The notes beneath the pieces were generated by a model. The model saw only the letters and a list, made by a program, of their open reading frames with translations. It did no database searches and was not told where the DNA came from. Made by a program: the position numbers and the translations under genes. Positions 38,054 to 49,853 of a stretch of DNA of 64,000 bases are shown one piece after another (position 1 is the stretch's first letter; every line of letters starts with the position of its first letter). This DNA comes from Octopus sinensis (taxonomy: Eukaryota), in the NCBI RefSeq assembly GCF_006345805.1, contig NC_043002.1, positions 81,902,001-81,966,000 of the forward strand, read 5' to 3'.

Positions 38054-38233
38054 CATACATACATATATACGACAGGCTTCTTTCAGTTTCCGTCTACCAA
38101 ATCCACTTACAAGGCATTGGTCAGCCCGGGGCTATAGCAGAAGACACTTGCCCAAGATGCCACACAGTGGGACTGAACCCGGAACCATGTGGTTGGTTAG
38201 CAAGCTACTTACCACACAGCCACTCCTGCGCCT
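37773..38233 (-). mobile_element. SINE family A, full length with expanded internal (TA)n
   Basis: Colinear with 23374-23750; internal microsatellite expanded to roughly 90 bp. Confidence 0.92.
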
Positions 38234-41200
38234 ATATTGTTAAAAAAATAATACAAAATGTAACCAGGACACCTTGGATTGGTTTTTATTCTCTTCAATG
38301 CAAATTCTACATTGACTCCACCACCATCCATAATCTACCACTTCTTCACCTTTGCATATGGCTTATATTTTATACTACCCTGAATAGGCACTAGTAGATG
38401 AGAAGTAACTGATGCTAAATAATATTCTGCTTTGCATTAAAATAATTTTCAGTTTGGATATGTTTTCAGAATGATGGAATTAAAGGCAGATAAAAATGTA
38501 TTTGACAGTCCAGGTTAGGTAGATATCCTGATTGTCATCGAGTTTATTTTTCAGTGGTTTCATTTTCTAAATATGATTGAATTTTTTTCCTTCTATATCT
38601 GATTGTGCCCCCATCTTGTTTTTAATATCTAATCCTTTTACTTTCAGCAATTCCTGACAACTATTTAATATCCTAGACACAGTCTCTTTCACTCTGTCCT
38701 TCTCTCTCTGGTTCTTTCCTCTCTTCACACACACACGCACACACACAAGTACATAGAACAGGCATTAGTTATATTCTAGTTTACACACCAGTAGAACAAC
38801 TTTTTTTTTTTTAGCATTTGTTTGATAATGGTAATAATGTTCCTGACTAGAATGCTACTCCAACTAGTGATGTCTACTTTATCAGTAATCACGAACTATA
38901 ACAGACAGATTGGTGAATATCAACAAACCTAATTGCTATGGTTTCCCCGAATTTTTTAACAACCCAGTTTTCGTAGGCTAAATTAAAGCTGTATTTAATG
39001 TCTTTCCTACAAAAAAAAAGTATATCTTAGATGCTAATGTACAAGCGAATGCTTGATCGTAGACAAACCACATCAATCTATGAAAGCACCCTCGTGCATG
39101 CACACACACATGGAGACAGACTCATACACAGAGGAAACCTTTTTAGATAGCTGTGTTACATCATCATTATATTCTATTTTTGGCTTTGCAATTGTGTATA
39201 TATGAATGGGAGATTGATTATCTGGACATTGGCTATTTCTTACAATTATAACTTGTTATTAATTATTACTACTTCATTAAACAACTAGTTTTTGGCTTGC
39301 AGTATATCAGCTGGTGTCAACATAGTTTATTAAAATATTTAATACATAGGCACATGTGCATATGTGCATTCAAATGTGTCTAAATGCGCTTGGATTTATA
39401 AGCTTTGTTAGAGGTGGGAAACTCTTTTCAAGTTAATGTATTTGTTTTGAGAGATATTTGTAGTGTCTCGGTATGAAAATGCCTTTAAAATATCATTTTG
39501 ATTTCATTGTACTATGGTTTCACTAATTATTTTAGGTGCCTGTATAGTCACATGCGCACACACACATAGACACCCTCTTGGCCTGCCCACCATTTGATCC
39601 AGCAGAGTATTGAGGATGTGATACCCGGAGGGAGAAAAGGGTTGCATCAAAATTAGGTTGATATGTACTTAAATTTAGCCCCAGGCTGAAGGACATGAGG
39701 TACTATCCAGTCTAGGATTTGAACATACAAGATTTATGGTTGTGGGCTCAACCAATTGGCCACATACCTTCAATGCACTCACACACCATCTTTCACAGTC
39801 CTTCAGTTGTGCGTACACAGAATGGTAAAGGTTGTCGGTTTGTTTTGCCTGGTTTTTTGTTACTGTTGTTATTCAGCAGCTGGGGTATTGTAGGATGGAG
39901 ATGACAGACTAAAACAACAAAACCACATCTATTAAAATGTATTATGTCTTCTCACTTGCTCTCTTCAACCGCACAGAAAATCCTTTTAAAGTTTTGAATT
40001 ACATAGTCTGTAGTTGTAAGGCCAACAAAATAACACATCCGATTTTGTTTTACACCAAAATTATTAACAATAAGTAGTGCATTTAGCACTTCCTGTTGTT
40101 AATAAAAACAGAAAAAATCTGCTTTGATATACTACATGTGTGGATGTATAACACTTAAAAATATAATGAGGTAACATTGACAGTGAGTTGGTTATTGAAT
40201 GCGAGTGGGAAGTCTTCTAGCTGTGTATTCAACATTTTGTCTTACTAATATTCTAAATGCATGCCATGTGGTATATAGTCAGATATGTATCTCTATAAAA
40301 GTTAAAATTATTTCATATATGTAATTTGTATCCAAAATTAGTTCTGAAAAGAAAGCTTAATTAAATTGTTCTTCTGAAAGTAGGATGTTACCTAACAAAC
40401 TGTATGGTGGTGTAATTATGCTTATAGTAGTTCTTGTTTTCGATGTAGTGTTTAACAGACTAATGCCCTTCTCTTGTGTGAATGCATATAAAAGAATTTT
40501 TCTAATTCTACAATTCTATGTTCATAGCATGGACTAATGTGTTAGGCTACTAGGCTCACTATTATAAAGCCATGAGTTCAGTTCCTGGACTTGATGGTCC
40601 GCTATGTCTTATATATTTGTGTGTGTGCGTGTGTAAAACAGCATTTCTTGGATGCATTTGGAGTTGATATTTTGCAGCTATCTTGTTGCTATTTAACAAA
40701 CATTATATCCTTTATACCCTGACAATATGTGGCTGAGAGGCAGGAGGAGTAGAATGCCGGACTGATGATTATTTCAGTACAGTATTTTGTTTAGTTTAAT
40801 TTTTCTACAATCTCAATAAAAATGCCACTTGACTTGCTTGGACATCTATACTCCCACAAATTTCTGGTTTTGTATCACTGTAGAAACAATTCAATATTTT
40901 ACCATGCTGTGGTGAACCACCAAAGTACACCTTTCATGAGAACAATCCATCGTCACTCAGTTGCATGCTTCCCAGTTTATTTCTACAAGAATTTTATATT
41001 TTTGACTTTAAAAATTCTCAACAAGGGGGAAAGAAACAATGTTTCCTTGCTGTTGTTGTTGTTGATATTCTTTAGCTCCAGGTCACTTCTGATTGATCAA
41101 CCCTATGGACAAAGATTTTTCCGACCATGACCCCGCAAGTGGATGTGATCATCTTTTTCTTTTTCTTTTTTAAAGATGGTGGGGTGTGATTTGAAGGAAT

Positions 41201-43081
41201 TTGGCTGCCAAGTGACCATGGTATTAATCCAAATGATATTTATGAGAAGAGATGATTTATAATGTTGTGGAGAACTTAGCAACTGAATCATTAAACATCT
41301 TGACAAAGTTATAGAAAGAGCAAGAAATTTATAGTATTCTAGAAACAAAAACCTTGTCTCATTTTCATTGAAATATTTCTAGTATTCATAAATAAATATG
41401 TATGTTAAGAAAAAAAAAACAACAAAAAAGCAAACAAAATTGCAAGCATTCATTCAATAATGAAACATAAGAGAATTGATAATGGCAATGTAGAACAAGT
41501 GTTTCAAATGTTGTTAGCTTTAAATTTTGAGTTGCTAACTTGTATTATTTTCTTATCAACATCCCCATTGTTATTTTCAACATTGTCATCATTTATTCAC
41601 TGTCATTAAGACCGGTGCCACCACAATCACCACCACCACCACCACTACCATCATCATCATTAACAAGTTGACTGATGATGGATTTATACAATGTCATATT
41701 TTCCTCCTTGTATTGTTGTAAATTCTGCATCATTTCATCTGTAATTAAAACTCAACTTTCCAAGGTCTAATTTCCTTGTTACAAGTTTTTGACCTCGCTT
41801 TCACAGTGAACATCACTATTGTTTTTGAATAGACTATGTTTGTAAGATTCCTATCACATCTCAACTAATAAACTACAAGATAATCAGCTTTTTTTTATAA
41901 TTTGTATACAACTATTTTCACCACCGCAATCACTTGTACTACAAAAACAATAAAATTCCTTGTAAAACTAATCAATACAATTTTCTTTCTTTCTTTATCT
42001 TCATTAAAAAAAAAAAAAAGATTGCGAATTAGATTTTATGTATATGTCCTAAAAATATAGATAGCCAAGAACAAACAACTCCTTTTATAATACTTGATCA
42101 TAACAAAACTTGAATTCAGTTTATGTGTATCTATTGGAAAAAGCCCCTGTCTGCCATTACATTCTTCTTTGTCCAATTTACTTCCACTGTTTCTGTACAA
42201 CTGAAAATTATATTCAAGCAATTGAATGCACTCTCTCTGTCTCTCTCTCTCTCTCTCTCCCTCCCTCCCTCCCTCCCTCCCTCTCTGTGTGTGCAAGTCA
42301 AGCCTCAGTGACTTCAGCTACAACTGCATGTATCATTAGGGAATGCAAAGTAGATAGACCAGAAACCTCTACAAGTTCATATGCACCACTGATCTGTACC
42401 CATTCACTTCGACTAATTCTGCTAACCATACTCGCAGGCAGCATATTCTCCGTGTTCTACCAACCAGCTATATCGCGCATGACTTATTCCCTCCTACCTC
42501 ACTAAATACACTACTAAGGCTGCGGAACTTTGAGCATGCTGCTGCCTAAACCGAACCCCTTATTGTATACGGATTTTTTTCTTCTTCTTCTATACCTTCC
42601 CTTGTTCTGCTTTTGAAAAATACAAATGATTGCTCAAGTACTTTGCACCACAAGCTTGTGACTTCTTGACTGTCACCTATTAAAGGGGAGAAAACTTCGT
42701 TTTCTGTGTAGCAGCAAGATCACTCACTCCTGAACTCCTTTCGAAGACATAAAGTCAACGACAATGTATGTTTGAGTGCATAGAGATGCAATTAATTAAT
42801 AATTATGTCTTCGCGTATAGAAAGTTTTGCAATGCTTGTTATTTTCAATAAGAGTAATGATACTAATATCTACGAATGCATATGGAAATTAACCAGATGA
42901 GAGAACACTTGCTCGAATTCAGGGAAATCCGTGTTAGGTTGGTTGATGATAGCTTTGACAGATCAGTTATATTTAGCTCAAAAATATTCAATCAAGATGA
43001 ATTGACAAAAGCAACAGCTTTTGTTTGTAAGTTCATTTTTGCAAACTAGTTCCATTATAGTTGCTATATACCTCTAAGAGG

Positions 43082-43113
<32 letters not shown>

Positions 43114-44032
43114 GCAGGTGGTAGGGGGATGGGCCAGTTTGCTTGTTTCTCTCAATATATCTTGTTTTCTCTCTTTCTTTTACTCTCTTTCTCTCGCTCT
43201 CTCATTGTTTGTCTGACTATTCTTTCTATTCTAATTGTCTGTGTTAGGGGGAAAAAAATAAAAAGTTGTTGGACTCGTTCGCTGTACTAAAACAGGTTAT
43301 AATTAGTTCTTGTTCTGGGTTATTGGCTGTGGCACCAATAATTCAAAAGTCTGTTTCGCTATTCTACAAACATTATTATTTCTCATCTAAATAACGATGA
43401 TGATGACGATAACAACAACAACAACAACTACAAAAATTATTCAAAAACAATTGAAATCACTGTTCTTCCAATTAGATGATGGCTATTCTGCTTGAAGATG
43501 TGGGCAACAAGGATGGATGGATGTGCGCATGCGTGTGTGTGTGTGTGTGCGCGCGCATGCGTGTGAGTGCGCGTGCGTGCATGTGTGTGTGGGGAGGGAG
43601 TAAGTGGGTGGAGAGGACTGAGTTCAACATATCTGCCAGCCTTTGTAGACAGCCTTGCATTTACTTTTAAGGTGGCGGCAAGATAAAAATGGATCACAGT
43701 AGATTAATAGATGCGATAACTGCATTCAAGTATATGCACACGCGCATGCGTGCACATACATACACTCACATGCTCGCTCGCTCGCACGCACTCACTCACT
43801 CACTCACTCACTCACTCACTCGCACATCAAACCATCGTGCTGATGACATCATACCTAATGGAGTTGCTAGGTTCCAACAGCTTGTTTCTCAGTTTCAACA
43901 GTGAAGGTTTGCGGAGCATATCTGAACTTCAAAGAAAATAAAAACAAAAATCTCTGATCTAGATTGATAGCATGATTACCCTTCCCCTTTCACACCTCAC
44001 CCAGCACCAAGTACTTTGCATTGTCTCCCCTT

Positions 44033-44092
<60 letters not shown>

Positions 44093-44159
44093 CCCCTCTT
44101 TCACTATCCCTTAAAGACCCTACCAGTCTTTCAAAAAAATTGCAACTGGAGTTTACCGA

Positions 44160-44266
44160 ATGTTTGTTTATTTGTTCTCTTCTTTGTTGTTTATTTGTAT
44201 GTTTAATGATGAAGTGACACAGCCAAGCTATATGGAAGTCCTCTATCAGAGTACAAACAAACACAG
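44160..44266 (+). CDS. Candidate first coding exon of an unidentified gene (possible signal peptide)
   Basis: ATG at 44160 gives MFVYLFSSLLFICMFNDEVTQPSYMEVLYQSTNKH + AG, ending at a strong donor CAG|gtaggt; downstream of a (CT)n tract in a CpG-retaining zone. The hydrophobic stretch may simply reflect T-richness. Confidence 0.35.
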
Positions 44267-44585
44267 GTAGGTCGAAGGGTTGGGCTGGTTCATCAGAGAG
44301 GGAGCGAAGCGAATTCAAATGAAATACAGTGTATGTGTTTCTTTGTGTGTGTGTGTGTGTGTGTGCGCGTGCGCGCAGGCGTGTGTGCATGTACTGACTA
44401 CCATCATATCTGGCATTTAGAATATGCAAAGACATGTTTCTCTTAAATGGCTCATGTTACTTTCTCGCTCCTCTACTAACCAGAAGAAAACAGCAATAAC
44501 ACAGGGCAGGGTGGGAGGAGACAAACAAAAACAAAACTATAAAGACATTAAAGATGATGTGTGTATGTATGTATGTATGTATGTA

Positions 44586-44623
<38 letters not shown>

Positions 44624-46807
44624 ACAGATAAGTGTGTGTGATTTATTTCTTTGCCTGTTTAATCTACATGAGAGAAAAACCTATCTAAGCTCTGTTTGAT
44701 GCTGTAATCTGACAATTTTTCTCCATTTTATATCACTAATTTCTCTACAAAACCAAAACCGAAAGTGTGATTTGTTTCTCTTTTTTTCCCTTTGTTTTTG
44801 GAGATGTTGGGGGTGGGTGGGTTGTTGCTTTTGCTGCACGTATTCTTTGTCTTACTCCTCCCCCCCCTTTGTCCGAAAACATTAGCTCTGTCCTGTATCT
44901 CCTTAGCACAACAAACTGAATTTTCAAAAAAAGTATTCTTGGAGGTTAGTGGGGTGATTCCAAACAAGCAGTTTGATCTCTATTTTTGAACCATTTCAAC
45001 TCTCACTCTCTCTACCCCACCCCTTGCAATCTTGTCTTCCACCCACCTCTCTTTGTCTCTTAGAGCCATTTCCTTCTTGACATACCATCTCACACCAGCC
45101 ACACTTCCAGGCAATCTTCTTCCTATTTTCTTATGTCCTTGTTTTGTTGCTCGTGTGCTGCTGTTTCCAACCCCCACCCCACCCCACCCCGCCACCCTCC
45201 AATCATTCTTCCAGTCTGAGACAAAGTCTTATATTAAGAGAACTCCGCATGTCAAAGTGTTGATATCAACTTCATTTATTATTCAAATCTTGAAGAGTAC
45301 CCCTTGTTGTTTTTTTTTTTTTTTTTTTGTGTGTATCTTTTATATTTTTTGTGCCCTCCCACCCCTCTTTCCTGATTTTGAAAATTATTGTTGCTAAAGA
45401 CTCGCCAATGAATATGCAGCTGCAAAAATTTTTAAGTGCAACTTCTTAAAGAGCATGTAGCAGATTAGATGTAGAAAGAATGGCAGCGATGTGGCAGTGG
45501 AGGTGATGATGGGTGTGATGGTGGCGGTGGCAGCAATAGAGGCAATGATGGTGGGGTTTAAATTTAAAACAAACAAAAAAAATCTAACAACAATGGCAAA
45601 ATTATATCATTGAATGTTTAAACTGTACATTTTTAGTGCAAAATTCCCCCCCCCCCCAAAAAAAGGGGGAAAGGAATTTTAGTTTGTTCTAATAAATTGT
45701 ATATTTACTGCTCACTTTGTAATATGCGCTTGTTCTCTTTTGTTTCTTTGTTGCAACATTGTCATACCATCTCCACGATAATTCTGTCTCTTCACTGCAC
45801 AACAAATTTTTCCTTTTTACGAAAAATCTTCCCTATTTATTCATTTGTAAAATATAAATTTTCAATTTATATATTTACATCTACCCCACTCTACAACACA
45901 CACTAAACAAGCACCCCGCTTTTTTTACATATATATATATACCTTCCTCCATCTCTAATGATAAACCATTTATATCTGGGCTTTTGGATTCTAGGAATGT
46001 AAATTAGGTGGCAGGTCTAAAAATATATATTAACATTGTAATTTTGATTTTTATTTATTTATTTTTAACATTTTCACATAGCTTTAAGGGTTTGCAGTCT
46101 TGCTGATTTCATAAAATATTTATTCAGATCAATATTATTATTAATAAAGATGACTTTCTTTTTTATAGTCTTTTTTAAAAAATTTTTTGGTGTGTGTGTG
46201 TGTGTCTATCCTTACAATATTGCAGCTGTGTGCTTGTCAAATTTTACTAGGTTTTATTTTATGTGTGTGTGTTTGTGTGCGCATGTATGCGAGTACACTC
46301 ATGCACTTTCAGATTTTTCTCATTTTTTAATTTATTTGCAGTATTTATTGTCATTTTCCACTAACTTGATTTTAACTGGCAAATTCAGTTGCCATATTTT
46401 AATTTAAGCTTTTTCTTTCCTATATATGTATCCACATCATCATCATCATCATCATCATTATTGCTTCTGCTGCTTCCATGTGCCGATTTCACTTCAGTCA
46501 CTTTTCCCCAAAAGTTTATATGTGCTATTCCTCTAGGATCTCTTCTTTCTTACTTTACACTGCCATCGCTTTTTCTTCTTCTCCTTCTACTACCACTAGC
46601 CTTCTTCGAATGAAAGATTCATTGGCCAATTCAAATTTTTCAAATTTAATCTCCATAACACATATGTTCTTCACTTCAATTCAATAAAACTCTTGTATTG
46701 CCATACAATCCCCACTTTAGTTCCTACTTTAAGAGTTTCTTTAGATATAAAGGTTCCTGGATTGCAGTGTTGATATTTCCTTTCTGTCTGTATTTCAACC
46801 ATATTAA

Positions 46808-46974
46808 CCCATTTTTACCATATTCCCATTAAAATAAACTACTCTTATTTCAGTTAATTTTGAAAATGAAAATCTTGGTAAAAATAAGTTTGTCATTATT
46901 AAGCTAGTGTTTAAAACAAAATGTTTGTATCATTGGGATTAAGGGTAGTCTTAGGATGGTTGATATCAAAAGGG
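46808..46974 (+). mobile_element. TTAA-type MITE family P2, degraded
   Basis: TTAA|CCC at the left and AAAAGGG|TTAG at the right; a similar right end occurs at ~25960-25983. Confidence 0.5.
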
Positions 46975-47135
46975 TTAGATATTTAATATATGTTCTCTTC
47001 CTGTATCTGCTGTTCATTTAGATATTAATTGTCATTGCTGTTGTTTGTTTTTGCCTTTTTGTTTGGTGTGTGTTTTTGCCTTTTTTTTTTTTTGGTGTGT
47101 GTTTTTAATAGAATTTCATCAAGGATCCTAATTAA

Positions 47136-47357
47136 CCCTTTAGCATTTAAACCAGCCATATCAGGCCAAAAGTATTCTGCCTGCTTTATGTTCAAACTGG
47201 CCAGATCTGGTCTCTCACACTAACCCTACAATATTGTTTTAAAAATTAACAGCAACCTCATCAAAATCTCATAGCTACAAGATAATGCCTGATTAGTTCA
47301 AAACAATGTGGATAAAAAAAGCATTAATTTTGGCAGAATAATGCGAACACTAAAGGG
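47136..47357 (+). mobile_element. TTAA-type (piggyBac-like) MITE family P1, intact
   Basis: TTAA|CCCTTTAG ... CTAAAGGG|TTAA; related copies at 2561-2745, ~26110-26310, 47362-47581, 57000-57177 and 58165-58353. Confidence 0.9.
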
Positions 47358-47361
47358 TTAA

Positions 47362-47581
47362 GCCTTTAGCATTTAAACTGACCATATTAGACCCAAATTT
47401 TCGATCTATTTTATATTCAAACTGGTCAGATCAAGCCTCTCCTACCTCTTCTACAATGTCAATCCCAAAATAAACAATTGTTAAATCGTTAAAATGTCAA
47501 AGCTATGAGATAAAAGGTTAATTCAAAACAGGGTGACTTTATGAGCATTACATATGATAGAGTAATCTGAATTTTAAAGAG
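47362..47581 (+). mobile_element. MITE family P1, older tandem copy sharing the TTAA
   Basis: GCCTTTAGCATTTAAACTG ... TAAAGAG|TTAA; colinear with the preceding copy but more diverged. Confidence 0.8.
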
Positions 47582-47986
47582 TTAATGATTAATAACAACA
47601 ATGTCATTATTACCATTTTAATATGTTTGCTCAGACCAAATGGAATTCATTGAAGTAGATTTTTTTTGTTTTTAATATGTCTGGGTGCCCTCCCTGTTGT
47701 CAAACTTCACCTGTTTCCAAGCAAGATATTTTCTCTTGATCTGGACATGTTTATTTACAATTAGCATGCTATGTCAAGACAAGGAGACAGAAACATGTGC
47801 CCACACATTCATTTCATTTCAAGGGCATTCCAGCTATGACCATCTCAGCTATCACTACATTATCTAGTGTATCCTTCCTTTTTCTAAGAGTGCAAGTAAC
47901 CAGATTAGTAGAGCTATGGATAACCAACCATGAAGTTGATGAGTAAGATGTAAGCTTTCAGTTATGTGTTTATATATTTCCTAAGT

Positions 47987-48261
47987 CAGGGCTGGCCAGC
48001 TTGAGGCCTGCAGGGTTTATTTAAACAAACACTTAAAATTTTTTATCAAAATTAAAGATTGCTATGAAAAGTAAAAAAGAAAGATACCACTATTTTTGCA
48101 ATGATAATATTTCATGTTCAATCAACGATCATTCGTTCATTATTGTAATAATAGCATGAGAAAGCAAAATGCTTTCAATTCTGTCAGTATACAACCGGCC
48201 CTCAAAAAACTTTCTGTGATCTTAAAGTGGCCCGCAATGTAATTCGAGCTGGCCAGGCCTG
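47987..48261. mobile_element. hAT-type MITE with 8-bp TSD
   Basis: TIRs CAGGGCTGGCCAGCT / AGCTGGCCAGGCCTG (14/15 match); TCCTAAGT duplicated at 47979-47986 and 48262-48269. Confidence 0.92.
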
Positions 48262-48302
48262 TCCTAAGTAGTTACTGTAAGCTGGCATGCATACTTTAAT
48301 CT

Positions 48303-48512
48303 CAAAATATTGGCTTCAAATTTTGACACAAGGCCAGCAATTTTGAGGAGTCAAGTTGATTACATCGATCCCAGTGTTCAACTGATACTTATTTTATCAA
48401 CCCCAAAAGGATGAAGGACAGTGTCAACCTCGGCAGAATCCAATCATCAGAATGCAAAGAGGGACAAAATGCTGTTATGAATTTTGCTCAGCCTGCTAAT
48501 GATTCTGCCAGA
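48303..48512 (-). mobile_element. SINE family B, diverged
   Basis: Reverse B core with B2-type tail. Confidence 0.75.
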
Positions 48513-49009
48513 TTGCTATCTTTACATCTCAAAATATTGTTGTTGATCATCTCATACCCCACATTTCTCTCTCAGTTGTGTATCACAGACTGCATCCAAT
48601 ATGTCCTTAAAATAGTGAGATTTGGCTCTTATTTCTACTGGATCAAGTGATGCTCTAGAAATGCTGTTGACTAGTGTTTTTTAGTGTCTCCCTGGCCTGG
48701 AGTTCCAGCTCTTATCTTCTAGCTCCTCGGGAATAATGACCACAGCTGTAATTTCCTATGTCTTGTATGCGAGTAATAAATTCCAATTAAAAATGGCCAT
48801 TCCAAAATGGAGTCTTTAAACCAGTTGGCTTCTTGTCTGCCTACTCTTGTAACTGAATTAAAGCTTGAATTTTATACACCTGGATGCTTTTTGACAGAGT
48901 TAACAGGACTGGAGAGTGGAACTCGGTATTTTGGTAGGCCAAAATTTCCATGTCTAATATTTAGTTACACTTGTATCTTTGAAGTCATTGGAATACAGTA
49001 GTAATACAG

Positions 49010-49195
49010 AGTCAACTGCAATTAAAAGCATGCGGTATACTCTGCAAAGTAGTTGGCATTAAGAAGGGCAACCAGCCATAGAAATAATACCAAAGCAGAC
49101 AAGTAGGGCTTGGTGCAGTCTTTTAGGTTAGCTCTGGTCAAACTGTCCAACCCAAGCCAGTATGGAAAGCAGATGTTAAATGATGATGATGATTA
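49010..49195 (+). mobile_element. SINE family C, diverged
   Basis: TTGGCATTAAGAAGGGCAACC...GTTAAA(TGA)n. Confidence 0.7.
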
Positions 49196-49818
49196 AGGAG
49201 TAAAATTGAATTCCCTTCATAAAAATGTGGCCTCATGTCTCAGAAATCATTCATTATCAATACCGGGTTTTGGAAATTTACAATACCACCATCATCAGCA
49301 TCTTCACTTCCACACCCATTGTGTTATAGAAATTCTCCCACCCCCTTTCTTTACTCTTGTTACTGATTGCTATGTTATCAAAAAGTATTACAACTTTGTC
49401 AGAAATCTTCTTCAACTATTGTCTTTAAAAAAAAACCCAAAATAATAATAATAATAATAATAATAAGAGAAAAAAATTTAACAGATAAGAACTTTTGAAT
49501 TTGTTTTGACTATAGAAATATCTGTTATCATTGTGAAGAATTATGGTCTCCCTATTTGTAAGAAACTAAACTGGCTTTTCAACTTTTTATCTCTTATTTA
49601 TTTTTATGATGATGTTTTTAGCGATATTTTTAGTTGCATTTTTTATTTTGTTTGGTTTCTTCTTCTTCTGCCCAATGTTCCATACCTGAGATTTTCTTAT
49701 CTTGTAAAGGTATATGATTTAACCCCCCCCCCCCTCACTCCATCCCCTCCCTCATTTTCTGTTTACTTTTCCTCATCTCTCTCTCTCTCTCTCTCTCTCC
49801 CTCTCTCTCTCTCTCTCC

Positions 49819-49853
<35 letters not shown>

